DNA of 64,000 bases, taken from positions 1-64,000 of IMG/VR virus record IMGVR_UViG_3300020810_001156; one strand, written 5' to 3'. Of the stretch, positions 15,872-24,547 are shown one piece after another; position 1 is the stretch's first letter, and every line of letters starts with the position of its first letter. Made by a program: the position numbers and the translations under genes. Below the pieces are notes generated by a model. The model was not told the DNA's origin. It did no database searches and saw nothing but the letters and a program-made list of their open reading frames with translations.

Positions 15872-15943
15872 GCGGGAGAAGCGTTAAGAGAAACGTGCCG
15901 GGCTTCCAGCTCGGAGAAGGTGGGGCGGTTCCATCCTCCCGCT
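15872..15943 (+). tRNA. tRNA-Gly(UCC) with non-canonical D and T loops
   Basis: Acceptor GCGGGAG/CTCCCGC; D stem GCGT/ACGT; anticodon stem CCGGG/CTCGG with loop CTTCCAG; T stem GGTGG/CCATC; U73; no encoded CCA. Confidence 0.75.
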
Positions 15944-16009
15944 CAACTGATGATGAGATTAAGGATAACTCGGCTCCGAATGGGGAGGTAGCATCATCAA
16001 ACACATATT

Positions 16010-16297
16010 ATGGGAGAACAAGTAGCAAACAATAGAGAAATGCAGGAAGTGATGTATCTCCGCCAAGAAGATGGAAAGTGGTACATCCTATCCGAACCTA
16101 AATCACCTGGCCTGGTGAAGAAGGAATACTTACCTATTGGCAATCGGCTTGTATATCCTAAGAAGTGGGGAAGGAAGAAAGCTGCTGAGGTACTACTATC
16201 CGCACTTATATCAGATTCGGAAAAGGTGTGTGAAAAAGCTAATGAGAGGTTGGAAGTACTAAGAGGATTAACTGCTGAGGTTAGTGAATGGAAGTAA
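16010..16297 (+). CDS. hypothetical protein
   Basis: ORF track. Confidence 0.7.
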   Translation: MGEQVANNREMQEVMYLRQEDGKWYILSEPKSPGLVKKEYLPIGNRLVYPKKWGRKKAAEVLLSALISDSEKVCEKANERLEVLRGLTAEVSEWK

Positions 16298-16467
16298 TGA
16301 CTTATTATCAGATACGGAAGAAAGTAGAAGAATCAGGTAAGTCACTGGAAGTCAGAGAGTTAGCTAAGCAGTTACAACTTCAACTATCGGAACCTGGAGC
16401 TAATATCCCATTTAAAGATGCATATGAAATGGCCTATAATGAGATACTCCTACAAAGGGTTTACTAA
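16297..16467 (+). CDS. small hypothetical protein (56 aa)
   Basis: TAATG overlap; MTYYQIRKKVEESG... Confidence 0.55.
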   Translation: MTYYQIRKKVEESGKSLEVRELAKQLQLQLSEPGANIPFKDAYEMAYNEILLQRVY

Positions 16468-16500
16468 ATAAGGGTTATAGTAGTGGGTTGAGGTTACTAA

Positions 16501-16528
16501 GGGAGTGAGGAATCGCTCCCTTTTTTTA
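16501..16528 (+). terminator. intrinsic terminator
   Basis: GGGAGTGA-GGAA-TCGCTCCC followed by T7. Confidence 0.85.
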
Positions 16529-16529
16529 T

Positions 16530-16585
16530 GCGCAAATCTCAAACCGAAGCTGGACAAATAAGCTAAAAATAAAATAGCTAAGAAT
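16530..16585. repeat. imperfect ~60-bp repeat, copy 2 (copy 1 at 13985-14045)
   Basis: Shared core ends in TAAAAATAAAATAGCTAAGAAT. Confidence 0.65.
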
Positions 16586-16630
16586 CCCTATACTATACAT
16601 AAGAGAATATATACTATACTTATACTCACT

Positions 16631-16780
16631 ATGACAACAAAGAAAACACATAGTATATACCACAACACTCAGAACACTATAAAGTGTTACCATTGTAATT
16701 GGGAATGGGAGAGTGGGGCTTTAACCCTATACGAATGCCCCCATTGTGGAAAAGTGGCTGAAGGTATTTCCCAGCTCTAG
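16631..16780 (+). CDS. small zinc-ribbon protein (49 aa)
   Basis: KCYHCNWEW...YECPHCGK (CxxC...CxxC). Confidence 0.6.
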   Translation: MTTKKTHSIYHNTQNTIKCYHCNWEWESGALTLYECPHCGKVAEGISQL

Positions 16781-16990
16781 CGAGCGTAAGCGAGCGGAGG
16801 AGACAGGGGAGACCCCCCACCCCCCTTAGACAGGTTTCTTGTTGCTACCGGATTTGGAAACGCTCTCAAGCCGGGTCTGGTCCGTTTTCGCCTCGAGCCC
16901 GGTTTTTTCCGGTATAGAAAAAATACCCTTTGATACCCCTTCGGTGTATCCTAAGAGGATATCAAACTCGGATTTGTGAAGGGAGCCATT
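16779..16990. other. GC-rich non-coding structured island (candidate packaging/terminus or origin site)
   Basis: AGCGAGCG x2, AGACAGG x2, GGGGAGACCCCCCACCCCCC, CCGGG/CCCGG stem, UUCG hairpin; contrasts with AT-rich surroundings. Confidence 0.45.
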
Positions 16991-17009
16991 TTTATTTTAC
17001 CTCATTTTA

Positions 17010-17041
17010 TTTGGAATTCTCATTTATTTTTTGTATATTTG
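17010..17041 (+). promoter_or_regulatory. Bacteroidota sigma-A-type promoter
   Basis: TTTG 17010-17013, TATATTTG 17034-17041. Confidence 0.8.
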
Positions 17042-17064
17042 TATAAACTAAAATTTAAGAAGAT

Positions 17065-17223
17065 ATGCAAGCATTGACATTAAAAGAAACAATCAACATT
17101 GGAGGTAAGCAATTTTATCATTATTCATTGGGCGGAAAGTACTTCTCTAAAGAGTGGGTAGTAATTCATGGAATAACCTATTATGATTCAGTAAGAGGTG
17201 AAGAAGATTTTCGAAGAGTATAG
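17065..17223 (+). CDS. small hypothetical protein (52 aa)
   Basis: First ATG after the promoter; MQALTLKETINIGGK... Confidence 0.55.
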   Translation: MQALTLKETINIGGKQFYHYSLGGKYFSKEWVVIHGITYYDSVRGEEDFRRV

Positions 17224-17410
17224 ATATACCTTTAAGGGAATCACTTATGAGATAAGGGAAGAACCTCAAAGAGCGAAACAGCTACTTAGGGATTTCCTTC
17301 ATTGTGAAGAAACAAAGGATTGGATAACTATTAAGAATCGAATAACCAATGGATTGATGTTCGGTTGGTTAAAAGAAGTAGAAGAAAAGAATGAGCAAGG
17401 ATTTTGGTAA
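17198..17410 (+). CDS. hypothetical protein
   Basis: ORF track (GTG start). Confidence 0.6.
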   Translation: MKKIFEEYRYTFKGITYEIREEPQRAKQLLRDFLHCEETKDWITIKNRITNGLMFGWLKEVEEKNEQGFW

Positions 17411-17542
17411 GAAGGTTCATAAAATGAATCAGTTAAAGAAAAGATTAAAAAGAAGTAGAGATAACGAAGGACACTCTACTCCCCTAAAGGATAAACTTAG
17501 GTTAAAGAGATTAGTAGAATTAAAGAAAGAGATAGATAAGAA

Positions 17543-17833
17543 ATGGAAACCGAAACATTAAGTAATCAAAGAGAAGCTCTTTTGGAGTTACAAGGGTGGC
17601 AAGAACAAATCTTAGCTATGAGTTCTTCGGAGTTAGGAAATGAGATTCCCTTAAAGAAAAAACAAATGAAGATGTTGGAATGGGCTCTATCCGATGAATA
17701 CTTTATACTAAGGGCTAATGATAGAAAGGTTCTTAAAAGAGTATATGAGAGAGGATATTACTATGAAGAAGATAAAGAAGTTCTCAATTGGATTAGAGAG
17801 AATATCTTAAAGGGAAAGAATTTCATTAAGTAA
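17543..17833 (+). CDS. hypothetical protein
   Basis: ORF track; C-terminus resembles 3417-3656. Confidence 0.7.
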   Translation: METETLSNQREALLELQGWQEQILAMSSSELGNEIPLKKKQMKMLEWALSDEYFILRANDRKVLKRVYERGYYYEEDKEVLNWIRENILKGKNFIK

Positions 17834-18017
17834 TGGATAGAAGTATAAAAGATATCCTTGATGAGTTGACCTATGAATGCGATGAGTGTTGTGGCATTAC
17901 ATCGGATAGAGAAAGGGTATTGGATTTAATAGAAGAGTTAAGAAGGAAGTTGGATGTTGGGTAGTTACTCAGTATTCCCTATAAGGTGATATTTATCTAT
18001 AAAGGATTAAATGAATT

Positions 18018-18305
18018 ATGGGGCCTGAAGAATACCATTACTTAGATAAGTTCAATAACCAATACTTTAAGAATATGAGGGAGGTTCGTATATCCTCCTT
18101 ATATTGGGTATGGGATAACTTATCTTCTAATTCAGGTTCTATACGAAGAAAGACAATAATAGAACTCATACCTTATCCATCCTTATCTCAATTGCTTTCC
18201 GAATTGGAATCGGAAGAAAGATATGAGGATTGTAAGGTTGTATGGGATATAATGAATTTATATGAAGAACATGAGAAAAAAGGAATATACAAACAACTCT
18301 TCTAA
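18018..18305 (+). CDS. hypothetical protein with UVR-like motif
   Basis: LSELESEERYEDCKVVWD resembles the UvrB/C hairpin. Confidence 0.6.
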   Translation: MGPEEYHYLDKFNNQYFKNMREVRISSLYWVWDNLSSNSGSIRRKTIIELIPYPSLSQLLSELESEERYEDCKVVWDIMNLYEEHEKKGIYKQLF

Positions 18306-18519
18306 TTTACCCATAGGGGAATGGAAGATAGGAGATGATACGGATTTCATTTCCTTTGCTTTAAAACAAAAACCCCATTGGTTTCATAGGATGATGGCTA
18401 GGTTTTTCTTTGGCCTTCGTTGGATTGATTTCGAAGAACCACATGATGTGAAACCTTCTAAAGGGATAAGGGCTGGTGTAACGAAGGTTGTACCACCTTC
18501 TAAACGAATCCGAAGATGA
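18262..18519 (+). CDS. hypothetical protein
   Basis: ORF track; KPHWFHRMMARFFFGLRW. Confidence 0.6.
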   Translation: MKNMRKKEYTNNSSNLPIGEWKIGDDTDFISFALKQKPHWFHRMMARFFFGLRWIDFEEPHDVKPSKGIRAGVTKVVPPSKRIRR

Positions 18520-18736
18520 GAGCGATAGAACAAAAGAGTAGATTAAAACACATTGCCCATAACCCATCTGGAGAATTGGTGAGAATTCTAACTCAAAGAG
18601 GACGAGCTTGGTTGAGGCTAAGAACTATCAATAGGAATCAAATAACGACGACGGAAAATTCGTTTTGACCGACACCGTAAAAAATTTTAAAAAGACTGGG
18701 GTAGAACGGGCCCCCTCAAACAACAATAAGGGTTAT

Positions 18737-19027
18737 ATGGGAAAGAAAAAGAAAATCAAAAAAGGATTAGGAAGAAAAATAGGAGAGTGGTTGGTTTTCA
18801 ATCGTAGGTTAACTGCTGCGGAACGATTAGGAAATAGAATGGGTTATATGGGTTCGGCATTTATTATGATGTCTCCATATTTACTTCCTTACGATAACTT
18901 AGGCGCTTACACATATTTAATTGGAGCCGTTCTATCTATACCACAAGTATTCCTTGCCAAACAATGGAACTTAGTGGTAATCAACTTAAATCTATTGGTA
19001 GGATATGGATTATACCTTTATCGATAA
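18737..19027 (+). CDS. small membrane protein
   Basis: Three hydrophobic helices; ATG 18737 preferred over TTG 18665. Confidence 0.65.
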   Translation: MGKKKKIKKGLGRKIGEWLVFNRRLTAAERLGNRMGYMGSAFIMMSPYLLPYDNLGAYTYLIGAVLSIPQVFLAKQWNLVVINLNLLVGYGLYLYR

Positions 19028-19114
19028 ATTAAAAATAAAATTTAAAATGTGGTTGGTTGGAAAGACCGTTAAGATTTGGTTTCCAATCCCCAAACCACGT
19101 CTTTGGAATATATT

Positions 19115-19414
19115 ATGATTTGGAAAGATAGAGAGTGTTTACATTTAGTTCTAATGAAAGACCCTTTCGAAAGAATAGCAAAGGGTGTGAAGAAAATCGA
19201 ATATAGAGAACGAACTGATTATTGGAATAGAAGATTATGGGGAAAGGATATCAAATGGATTTTCTTTCAATATGCGTATCATAAGAACCCCACACATATG
19301 GTTGTGGAATGTAAGAAGGTAGAAATCACCGATAGATGGGAACTTCACTTAGGTGATATCATTCACTTTGAAAATAATCATATAGATAATTTAGAATTGT
19401 TAAAGGAAAAATAA
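19115..19414 (+). CDS. ASCH-domain protein
   Basis: LHLVL..DPFERIAKGVKKIEYRE..DYW..RL signature. Confidence 0.8.
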   Translation: MIWKDRECLHLVLMKDPFERIAKGVKKIEYRERTDYWNRRLWGKDIKWIFFQYAYHKNPTHMVVECKKVEITDRWELHLGDIIHFENNHIDNLELLKEK

Positions 19415-19415
19415 T

Positions 19416-19425
19416 TATATTTATA
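19416..19425 (+). promoter_or_regulatory. putative phage late promoter (TATATTTATA)
   Basis: Recurrent intergenic motif. Confidence 0.5.
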
Positions 19426-19448
19426 TACACAACTAAAGGAGTATAGAT

Positions 19449-19736
19449 ATGAAAATCGGTATTAAATCACATGGTAAAGGATACCAAATAGAATTCACAA
19501 TCGGACCAGGTAGAGGTGATACACACCTTACGGCAATGGCTAAAACATCAGTAGAATTAGATAAATTGAAAACTGCGATTATCAATAGAGAACATGGTGA
19601 GGAAGCAATTGGTGTAATTATTGCTAGGGCAATTGAAAAGAAATTAAACTTACCTGTTGAAGTGGATTATGGATATAGAGGAGCAGGATTTGGATTTAAA
19701 TTTGATTTATATTCTATTGCTAAAAAATTAAAATAA
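19449..19736 (+). CDS. hypothetical protein
   Basis: ORF track. Confidence 0.7.
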   Translation: MKIGIKSHGKGYQIEFTIGPGRGDTHLTAMAKTSVELDKLKTAIINREHGEEAIGVIIARAIEKKLNLPVEVDYGYRGAGFGFKFDLYSIAKKLK

Positions 19737-19745
19737 GGAATTATT

Positions 19746-20108
19746 ATGAACGAATATGTAGGAACTTTGATGCAGAGTAGAAACCAAACTCACATCTTTC
19801 ACTTACAAACAACATCTTACGCTAAGCATGTAGCGTTACAAGAATACTATGAAGGAATCATTGATTTGATTGATGGATTAGTAGAAGCATATCAAGGTAA
19901 GTACGAAATCATAACTGGGTATAAAATGATTGGTACATTAGAAGATATGAGTGATGAAGGAGATATCACAAACTATATTGAAAAGATAGCAAGATATTGT
20001 GAATTAAAAAGAGAGAAACTTCCACAAGATAATTTCTTAACTAACATCTATGATGATATAGATGTATTACTTCGTTCCACACATTACAAATTATCACAGT
20101 TATCTTAA
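19746..20108 (+). CDS. ferritin/Dps-like four-helix protein (DUF5856-like)
   Basis: HIFHLQT.SYAKH.AL.EYYE.I.DLIDGLVEAYQG motif. Confidence 0.75.
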   Translation: MNEYVGTLMQSRNQTHIFHLQTTSYAKHVALQEYYEGIIDLIDGLVEAYQGKYEIITGYKMIGTLEDMSDEGDITNYIEKIARYCELKREKLPQDNFLTNIYDDIDVLLRSTHYKLSQLS

Positions 20109-20125
20109 CCAAAAAATAAAGAGCA

Positions 20126-20163
20126 TAAAAAAAGGGGATGATTAATTTCATCCCCTTTCTTAT
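20126..20163. terminator. bidirectional intrinsic terminator
   Basis: AAAAAAGGGGATGA-TTAATT-TCATCCCCTTTCTT between convergent genes. Confidence 0.85.
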
Positions 20164-20179
20164 TTTATAAAGGTTTCTC

Positions 20180-22900
20180 TTAGAATCTATAAGTTAAACT
20201 TGCGTTCCAAGTTCTACCAAATCCGAACCATACTGAGTTTCTAACATCAACACCATTCCATGTAGTTGAACTAGCATCTGCATGAATGTTAGAGTTAGAT
20301 TCTGCAATATAAACAGCATCGAATAAGTTGTTGATATTAGCTCTCGCAGTAAATTTACCAAACTTACCAGTCAATCCTAAATCAACTAAACCATACGATG
20401 GTAATTTCATCGCACCTAAGTTATCAGGTTGTGTAAACTCCGAATCAGTAATAGAGTAGTCAGCGTATAATCCATCTACAAATCTATAATCTACATCAAC
20501 ATTAAATCTTTTACCTAACTTCTGGTCTACTCCTAAAACAGCTACGAATTGTGCAGCATCACCAACTTTAGCATCTTTAAGGTAAAGAGTACCTGTTCCG
20601 ATTGATTGTTGGTTATCATCAAATAATTCTGCTTCGAAATCTTTAGTATATCTCCAATCACCGATTGATAACATACCTCTGAATCTCGTTGCGTTTGATA
20701 ATTGATACTTACCTTCAAATTCGATACCATTATGTACTACATCGATATCTCTGAATTGTGCAAATCCATCTACACCTTGTTGGTTAGATAAACTTCTACT
20801 AACAAATCTATTACCCCAAGTTGTTGTGTAAGCGTTAATGTTAAACGATACATCTGAACCAATAAAACCATAACCCAATTCAAATGAACGAATTTCTTCG
20901 TTTTGTAAATCTGGATTAATTTCATTAGCAAAGTTAGGGAATACTGCATCAAACTGAGGTTGTCTTGAAATTACACCTGCGTTAAAGAACACATTTGATT
21001 TCTCATCGATATTGTAGTTAGCACCACCCTTTACATATCCACCACCTTGGTTTTGAACATCTGATTCTGGGTTACCTGGTTGGTCAAAATAATCGATTCT
21101 TTGGAATGCTTGGTTAGATAAACCTGCTTGTACTACTGCAGTTAATTTATCTCCCTGATATTCTACTAAACCATTAAGACCTTGCCATCCAACTTTACCA
21201 ACATTGTAGTAATCAATCTTCGGACCGTTTAGACCTGTATTCTGAAAAGGATTTGCTTCAACTAAAGTATTGATGATTTGACCGTTAGAGTTTTTGTTAC
21301 CCGTTGAGTAATAACCATCTAATCCCATTAAATCATTAAGAACTCTATAATGATAACCAGTATAGCTTCTTAAATCAACACCAATAGATGTTTTGAATTT
21401 ACCAAATTGTCCTTCTAAGTTTGAGATACCACCAACCCAGTTGTGTGAGTTCATAGATGCTCTTCTTACCAATACTGTTCTATTTACATTAGAATCTCTG
21501 AATCCATTCGAACCAATAAGTTGTCCTTGGAATGCTGAGATATCACCTGTATATCCTTCAGTAGTTGATTGGTTAGCTGCAACGATTGCATCGAAATCGA
21601 TGAATCCATTTGCATCTCTTGAACCTCTACCATTTTCTAAGTAGTGTTCTGTAAGGTCTTTTCTGAAAGGTAAGATATCAGTTGCAGCTGCACGATAGTT
21701 GTTACCACGAGGACCTGTACCACCACCTCTACCAGCAGAACCATATAATGATGTTGCTAATTTAAGGTTATCTGAAATGTTCCAATCCCAGTTGAAAGTT
21801 GCTAATGGTTTGTTGTAGAAGTTTCTTCTTAAAGAATACTCTTCTCCATTTAGTGTACCACCATTAGAATTCCATCTCTGGTCAATTCCTTCTTCACCAA
21901 AGTTTTGGTAATCTCTAATAGATACCCAAACATCTCTTTGATGGTGCCATTGACCTGCACCTAAGAATGAAAAGTTCAATTCATGGTCTGAACCTTCCGG
22001 TGCGTAACCAACTGCAGCGAAGTAAGTCCATCCTTCACCTGAAGTGTTGTAAACATATCCGTTACCAGCCCACTTAGATAATAAGAAAGATGATGCCCAT
22101 CCTTTATCATTCTTACCTGTGTTGTAAGAAACTCCTGTTTTGGTGTATCCATCGTTACCAACCATTTGAATTACTTTACCACCTTCAGTTTTCTGTGCGG
22201 CTTTAGTAAAAATGGAAACAGTTCCCCCAACTGAAGGAACTGCCAACTTAGATGCACCTAAACCTCTTTGGATTTGGATACCTGATGCTACATCGGTTAA
22301 ACCTTGCCAGTTACTCCAATATACCCATCCGTTCTCCATATCGTTAACGGGTTGTCCGTTAATAAGGAAAGATGTATTTCTTTGGTCAAATCCTCTAAGA
22401 GAGATTCTTGAATCACCATAACCACCACCTTGTTTAGTAGCATAAACCCCTGGAGTTTTATTCATAATTTCAGGGAATTCTTGGTTACCAACCTTTAGAG
22501 AAATCTCAGCTGGTGATATCGATGATACCGCTACTGGAGTTTCTCTTACTTTTGCTACATCAATTACCCCTGATGTAACCACCACTTCAGCTAACTGATT
22601 TAATGCAGTTGGTAAATTTACAATCATATCGTTCACAGCAACAACCTCAGTTGTTTGGAAACCAATAAAAGAAATTACTAAAGTGTTACCAGCGGATGCC
22701 CCAGAAATAGAAAAGAGACCATCAAAATCGGTTGTTGTACCATTTTGGGTCCCTTTGATTACTACCGTTGCGCCTGGTAGGGGTTCATTCGTTTCTGCAT
22801 CTACCACTGTTCCAGTGATTTGTGCGAAACCGGTCATTGAGGTGAAAACCATCAATAACCCAATCAAAAATTGCTTCATAATTGCTTGATTTTTGTTCAT
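20180..22900 (-). CDS. TonB-dependent outer-membrane receptor
   Basis: Signal peptide (FAQ), CarboxypepD-like domain (ITGTVVD..EPLPGATV), plug (SLRGF...INGQP), barrel ending ...SLTYRF. Confidence 0.9.
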   Translation of the reverse strand: MNKNQAIMKQFLIGLLMVFTSMTGFAQITGTVVDAETNEPLPGATVVIKGTQNGTTTDFDGLFSISGASAGNTLVISFIGFQTTEVVAVNDMIVNLPTALNQLAEVVVTSGVIDVAKVRETPVAVSSISPAEISLKVGNQEFPEIMNKTPGVYATKQGGGYGDSRISLRGFDQRNTSFLINGQPVNDMENGWVYWSNWQGLTDVASGIQIQRGLGASKLAVPSVGGTVSIFTKAAQKTEGGKVIQMVGNDGYTKTGVSYNTGKNDKGWASSFLLSKWAGNGYVYNTSGEGWTYFAAVGYAPEGSDHELNFSFLGAGQWHHQRDVWVSIRDYQNFGEEGIDQRWNSNGGTLNGEEYSLRRNFYNKPLATFNWDWNISDNLKLATSLYGSAGRGGGTGPRGNNYRAAATDILPFRKDLTEHYLENGRGSRDANGFIDFDAIVAANQSTTEGYTGDISAFQGQLIGSNGFRDSNVNRTVLVRRASMNSHNWVGGISNLEGQFGKFKTSIGVDLRSYTGYHYRVLNDLMGLDGYYSTGNKNSNGQIINTLVEANPFQNTGLNGPKIDYYNVGKVGWQGLNGLVEYQGDKLTAVVQAGLSNQAFQRIDYFDQPGNPESDVQNQGGGYVKGGANYNIDEKSNVFFNAGVISRQPQFDAVFPNFANEINPDLQNEEIRSFELGYGFIGSDVSFNINAYTTTWGNRFVSRSLSNQQGVDGFAQFRDIDVVHNGIEFEGKYQLSNATRFRGMLSIGDWRYTKDFEAELFDDNQQSIGTGTLYLKDAKVGDAAQFVAVLGVDQKLGKRFNVDVDYRFVDGLYADYSITDSEFTQPDNLGAMKLPSYGLVDLGLTGKFGKFTARANINNLFDAVYIAESNSNIHADASSTTWNGVDVRNSVWFGFGRTWNASLTYRF

Positions 22901-23003
22901 AAATAATATAACTAATTAATATAACTTAACCCCATAAAGGGGTTTCTTTGAATATGTATAATGAACTTTGAAAAACAAAATTTCACTTGTACATATTTTG
23001 ATA

Positions 23004-23035
23004 CTAAGATACGAATAAATTTCTTAATATCCAAA
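23004..23035 (-). promoter_or_regulatory. Bacteroidota sigma-A-type promoter for the TBDR
   Basis: Reverse complement: TTTG-N20-TATCTTAG. Confidence 0.75.
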
Positions 23036-23075
23036 TAATATTTGGAAAATATTAAAAAAATGTTAATAAAAAATA

Positions 23076-23107
23076 TTTGTATATGTCAATTTTTTTTCGT
23101 ATATTAG
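23076..23107 (+). promoter_or_regulatory. Bacteroidota sigma-A-type promoter for the helicase
   Basis: TTTG 23076-23079, TATATTAG 23100-23107. Confidence 0.75.
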
Positions 23108-23149
23108 TAAAATTGTATATTTATGTATATACATATATAAGTATTACGA

Positions 23150-24529
23150 ATGTTAACATTACGAAATAATCAAATAGAACCTGTTAGAAAGGGTATTGAA
23201 TATTTTTCTGAAAATAAACCCGTTCCATCAATTATCGTAGCACCTACTGCTTTCGGTAAATCAATTGTTATTGCTCATATAGCAAAAGGTGTGGGAGAGA
23301 AGGTACTTGTTATTCAACCATCAAAAGAATTATTAGAACAAAACTATGAGAAGTTTACTAACTTAGGTGGTGAAGCAACTATCTATTCCGCTTCAATGGG
23401 TGAAAAAGAGATTGGTGATGTAACATATGCTACTATTGGTTCTATTGTTAATATAGCATATAAATTCAAAGAGTATGGAATATCTAAAGTAATCATCGAT
23501 GAGTGCGATAGGTTTCCCAGAGAACCAAATGGAATGTTAAGAAGATTCTTAAAGGGAGCTGGTATCATCCATACTTTAGGTCTAACTGCTACCCCTCTCA
23601 AACTTCAAACCAATATGGGTGAAGATGGTAAACCTTTCTCTAAGTTGGTTATGTTAACTAATCGTTCTAAGAAAGGTAACTTCTTTAAAAAGATTATTCA
23701 TGTTGCCCAAATTCAACAAATGGTTGAATCAAAGTTTTGGAGTAGATTAGAATATCAATCCTATGATTTCAATACTGGTGATTTGGTTTACAATACAACT
23801 GGTGCTGAGTATTCTAATTCATCTATAAAAAGAGCATATAAGAATCAAAAGATATCTTCTAAGATTGTAAAGAAGGTTGAAGAACTATACAATAGAAAAT
23901 CAATCTTAATAGCAGTTCCTTCAATCGATGAGGCTAAAGAATTAACTACAATGATTCCAAGTTGTAAAGCAGTTTACTCTGATATGCCAACTTCGGAAAG
24001 AAAAGAGATTATTGAAGATTTCAAAGCTGGTAGGTTAAGATGCATCGCTCAAGTTAATATCTTATCAGTTGGATTTGATTATCCAGAATTAGATTGTATC
24101 ATAACTGGTAGACCTACTGCTTCTTTGAGTTGGTGGTATCAATTTGTTGGTAGAGTTACTCGTATCCATCCAAACAAATCAGAAGGATTGGTTGTAGATT
24201 TCGTAGGAGCAGTTCCAAAGTTTGGAAAGGTTGAAGATATCTACTTCAAAGAAGATAAGGGAAGGTGGAGTATGTATGGTGAAGGAAAGAAACTACTAAC
24301 AGGTATCCCTATAAAAGAGATTGGTTTGCATATAGAAGGTGAACCATCACCATATGAAAAAGCCGCTGCATCACCATCAGTTAAGATGCCGTTTGGTAAA
24401 TATGCTGGTAGAGAGGTTAGAGAGATTCCTGCTCATTATAGAGAGTGGATGTTGACCAATTTTAATTGGACTCCATTTAACCAAAAGATTAAGGATGAAA
24501 TTCTAAGACTAAAATCTATTGGTATTTAA
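23150..24529 (+). CDS. SF2 DEAD/DEAH-like helicase (RadD/UvsW-like) with C-terminal DUF3820-like domain
   Basis: APTAFGKS, IIDECD, GLTATP, LSVGFD, QFVGRVTR; tail MPFGKY.G. Confidence 0.9.
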   Translation: MLTLRNNQIEPVRKGIEYFSENKPVPSIIVAPTAFGKSIVIAHIAKGVGEKVLVIQPSKELLEQNYEKFTNLGGEATIYSASMGEKEIGDVTYATIGSIVNIAYKFKEYGISKVIIDECDRFPREPNGMLRRFLKGAGIIHTLGLTATPLKLQTNMGEDGKPFSKLVMLTNRSKKGNFFKKIIHVAQIQQMVESKFWSRLEYQSYDFNTGDLVYNTTGAEYSNSSIKRAYKNQKISSKIVKKVEELYNRKSILIAVPSIDEAKELTTMIPSCKAVYSDMPTSERKEIIEDFKAGRLRCIAQVNILSVGFDYPELDCIITGRPTASLSWWYQFVGRVTRIHPNKSEGLVVDFVGAVPKFGKVEDIYFKEDKGRWSMYGEGKKLLTGIPIKEIGLHIEGEPSPYEKAAASPSVKMPFGKYAGREVREIPAHYREWMLTNFNWTPFNQKIKDEILRLKSIGI

Positions 24530-24537
24530 TACTTACT

Positions 24538-24547
24538 TATATTTATA
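24538..24547 (+). promoter_or_regulatory. putative phage late promoter heading the exported-protein operon
   Basis: TATATTTATA just after the helicase stop. Confidence 0.5.

Noticed and set aside
15947-16000. Hammerhead ribozyme (CTGATGA core)
   Set aside because: No correctly placed GAAA core or stem I/III; the CTGATGA is part of a simple TGATGATG/CATCATCA stem
20542-22889. Plus-strand ORFs over the TBDR (20542, 20770, 21393, 22212, 22683)
   Set aside because: Antisense shadows of a clearly recognisable minus-strand gene
22900-23000. Riboswitch (e.g. cobalamin or TPP) in the TBDR leader
   Set aside because: Leader is about 100 nt and AT-rich, with one AACCCC/GGGGTT hairpin and no recognisable aptamer core
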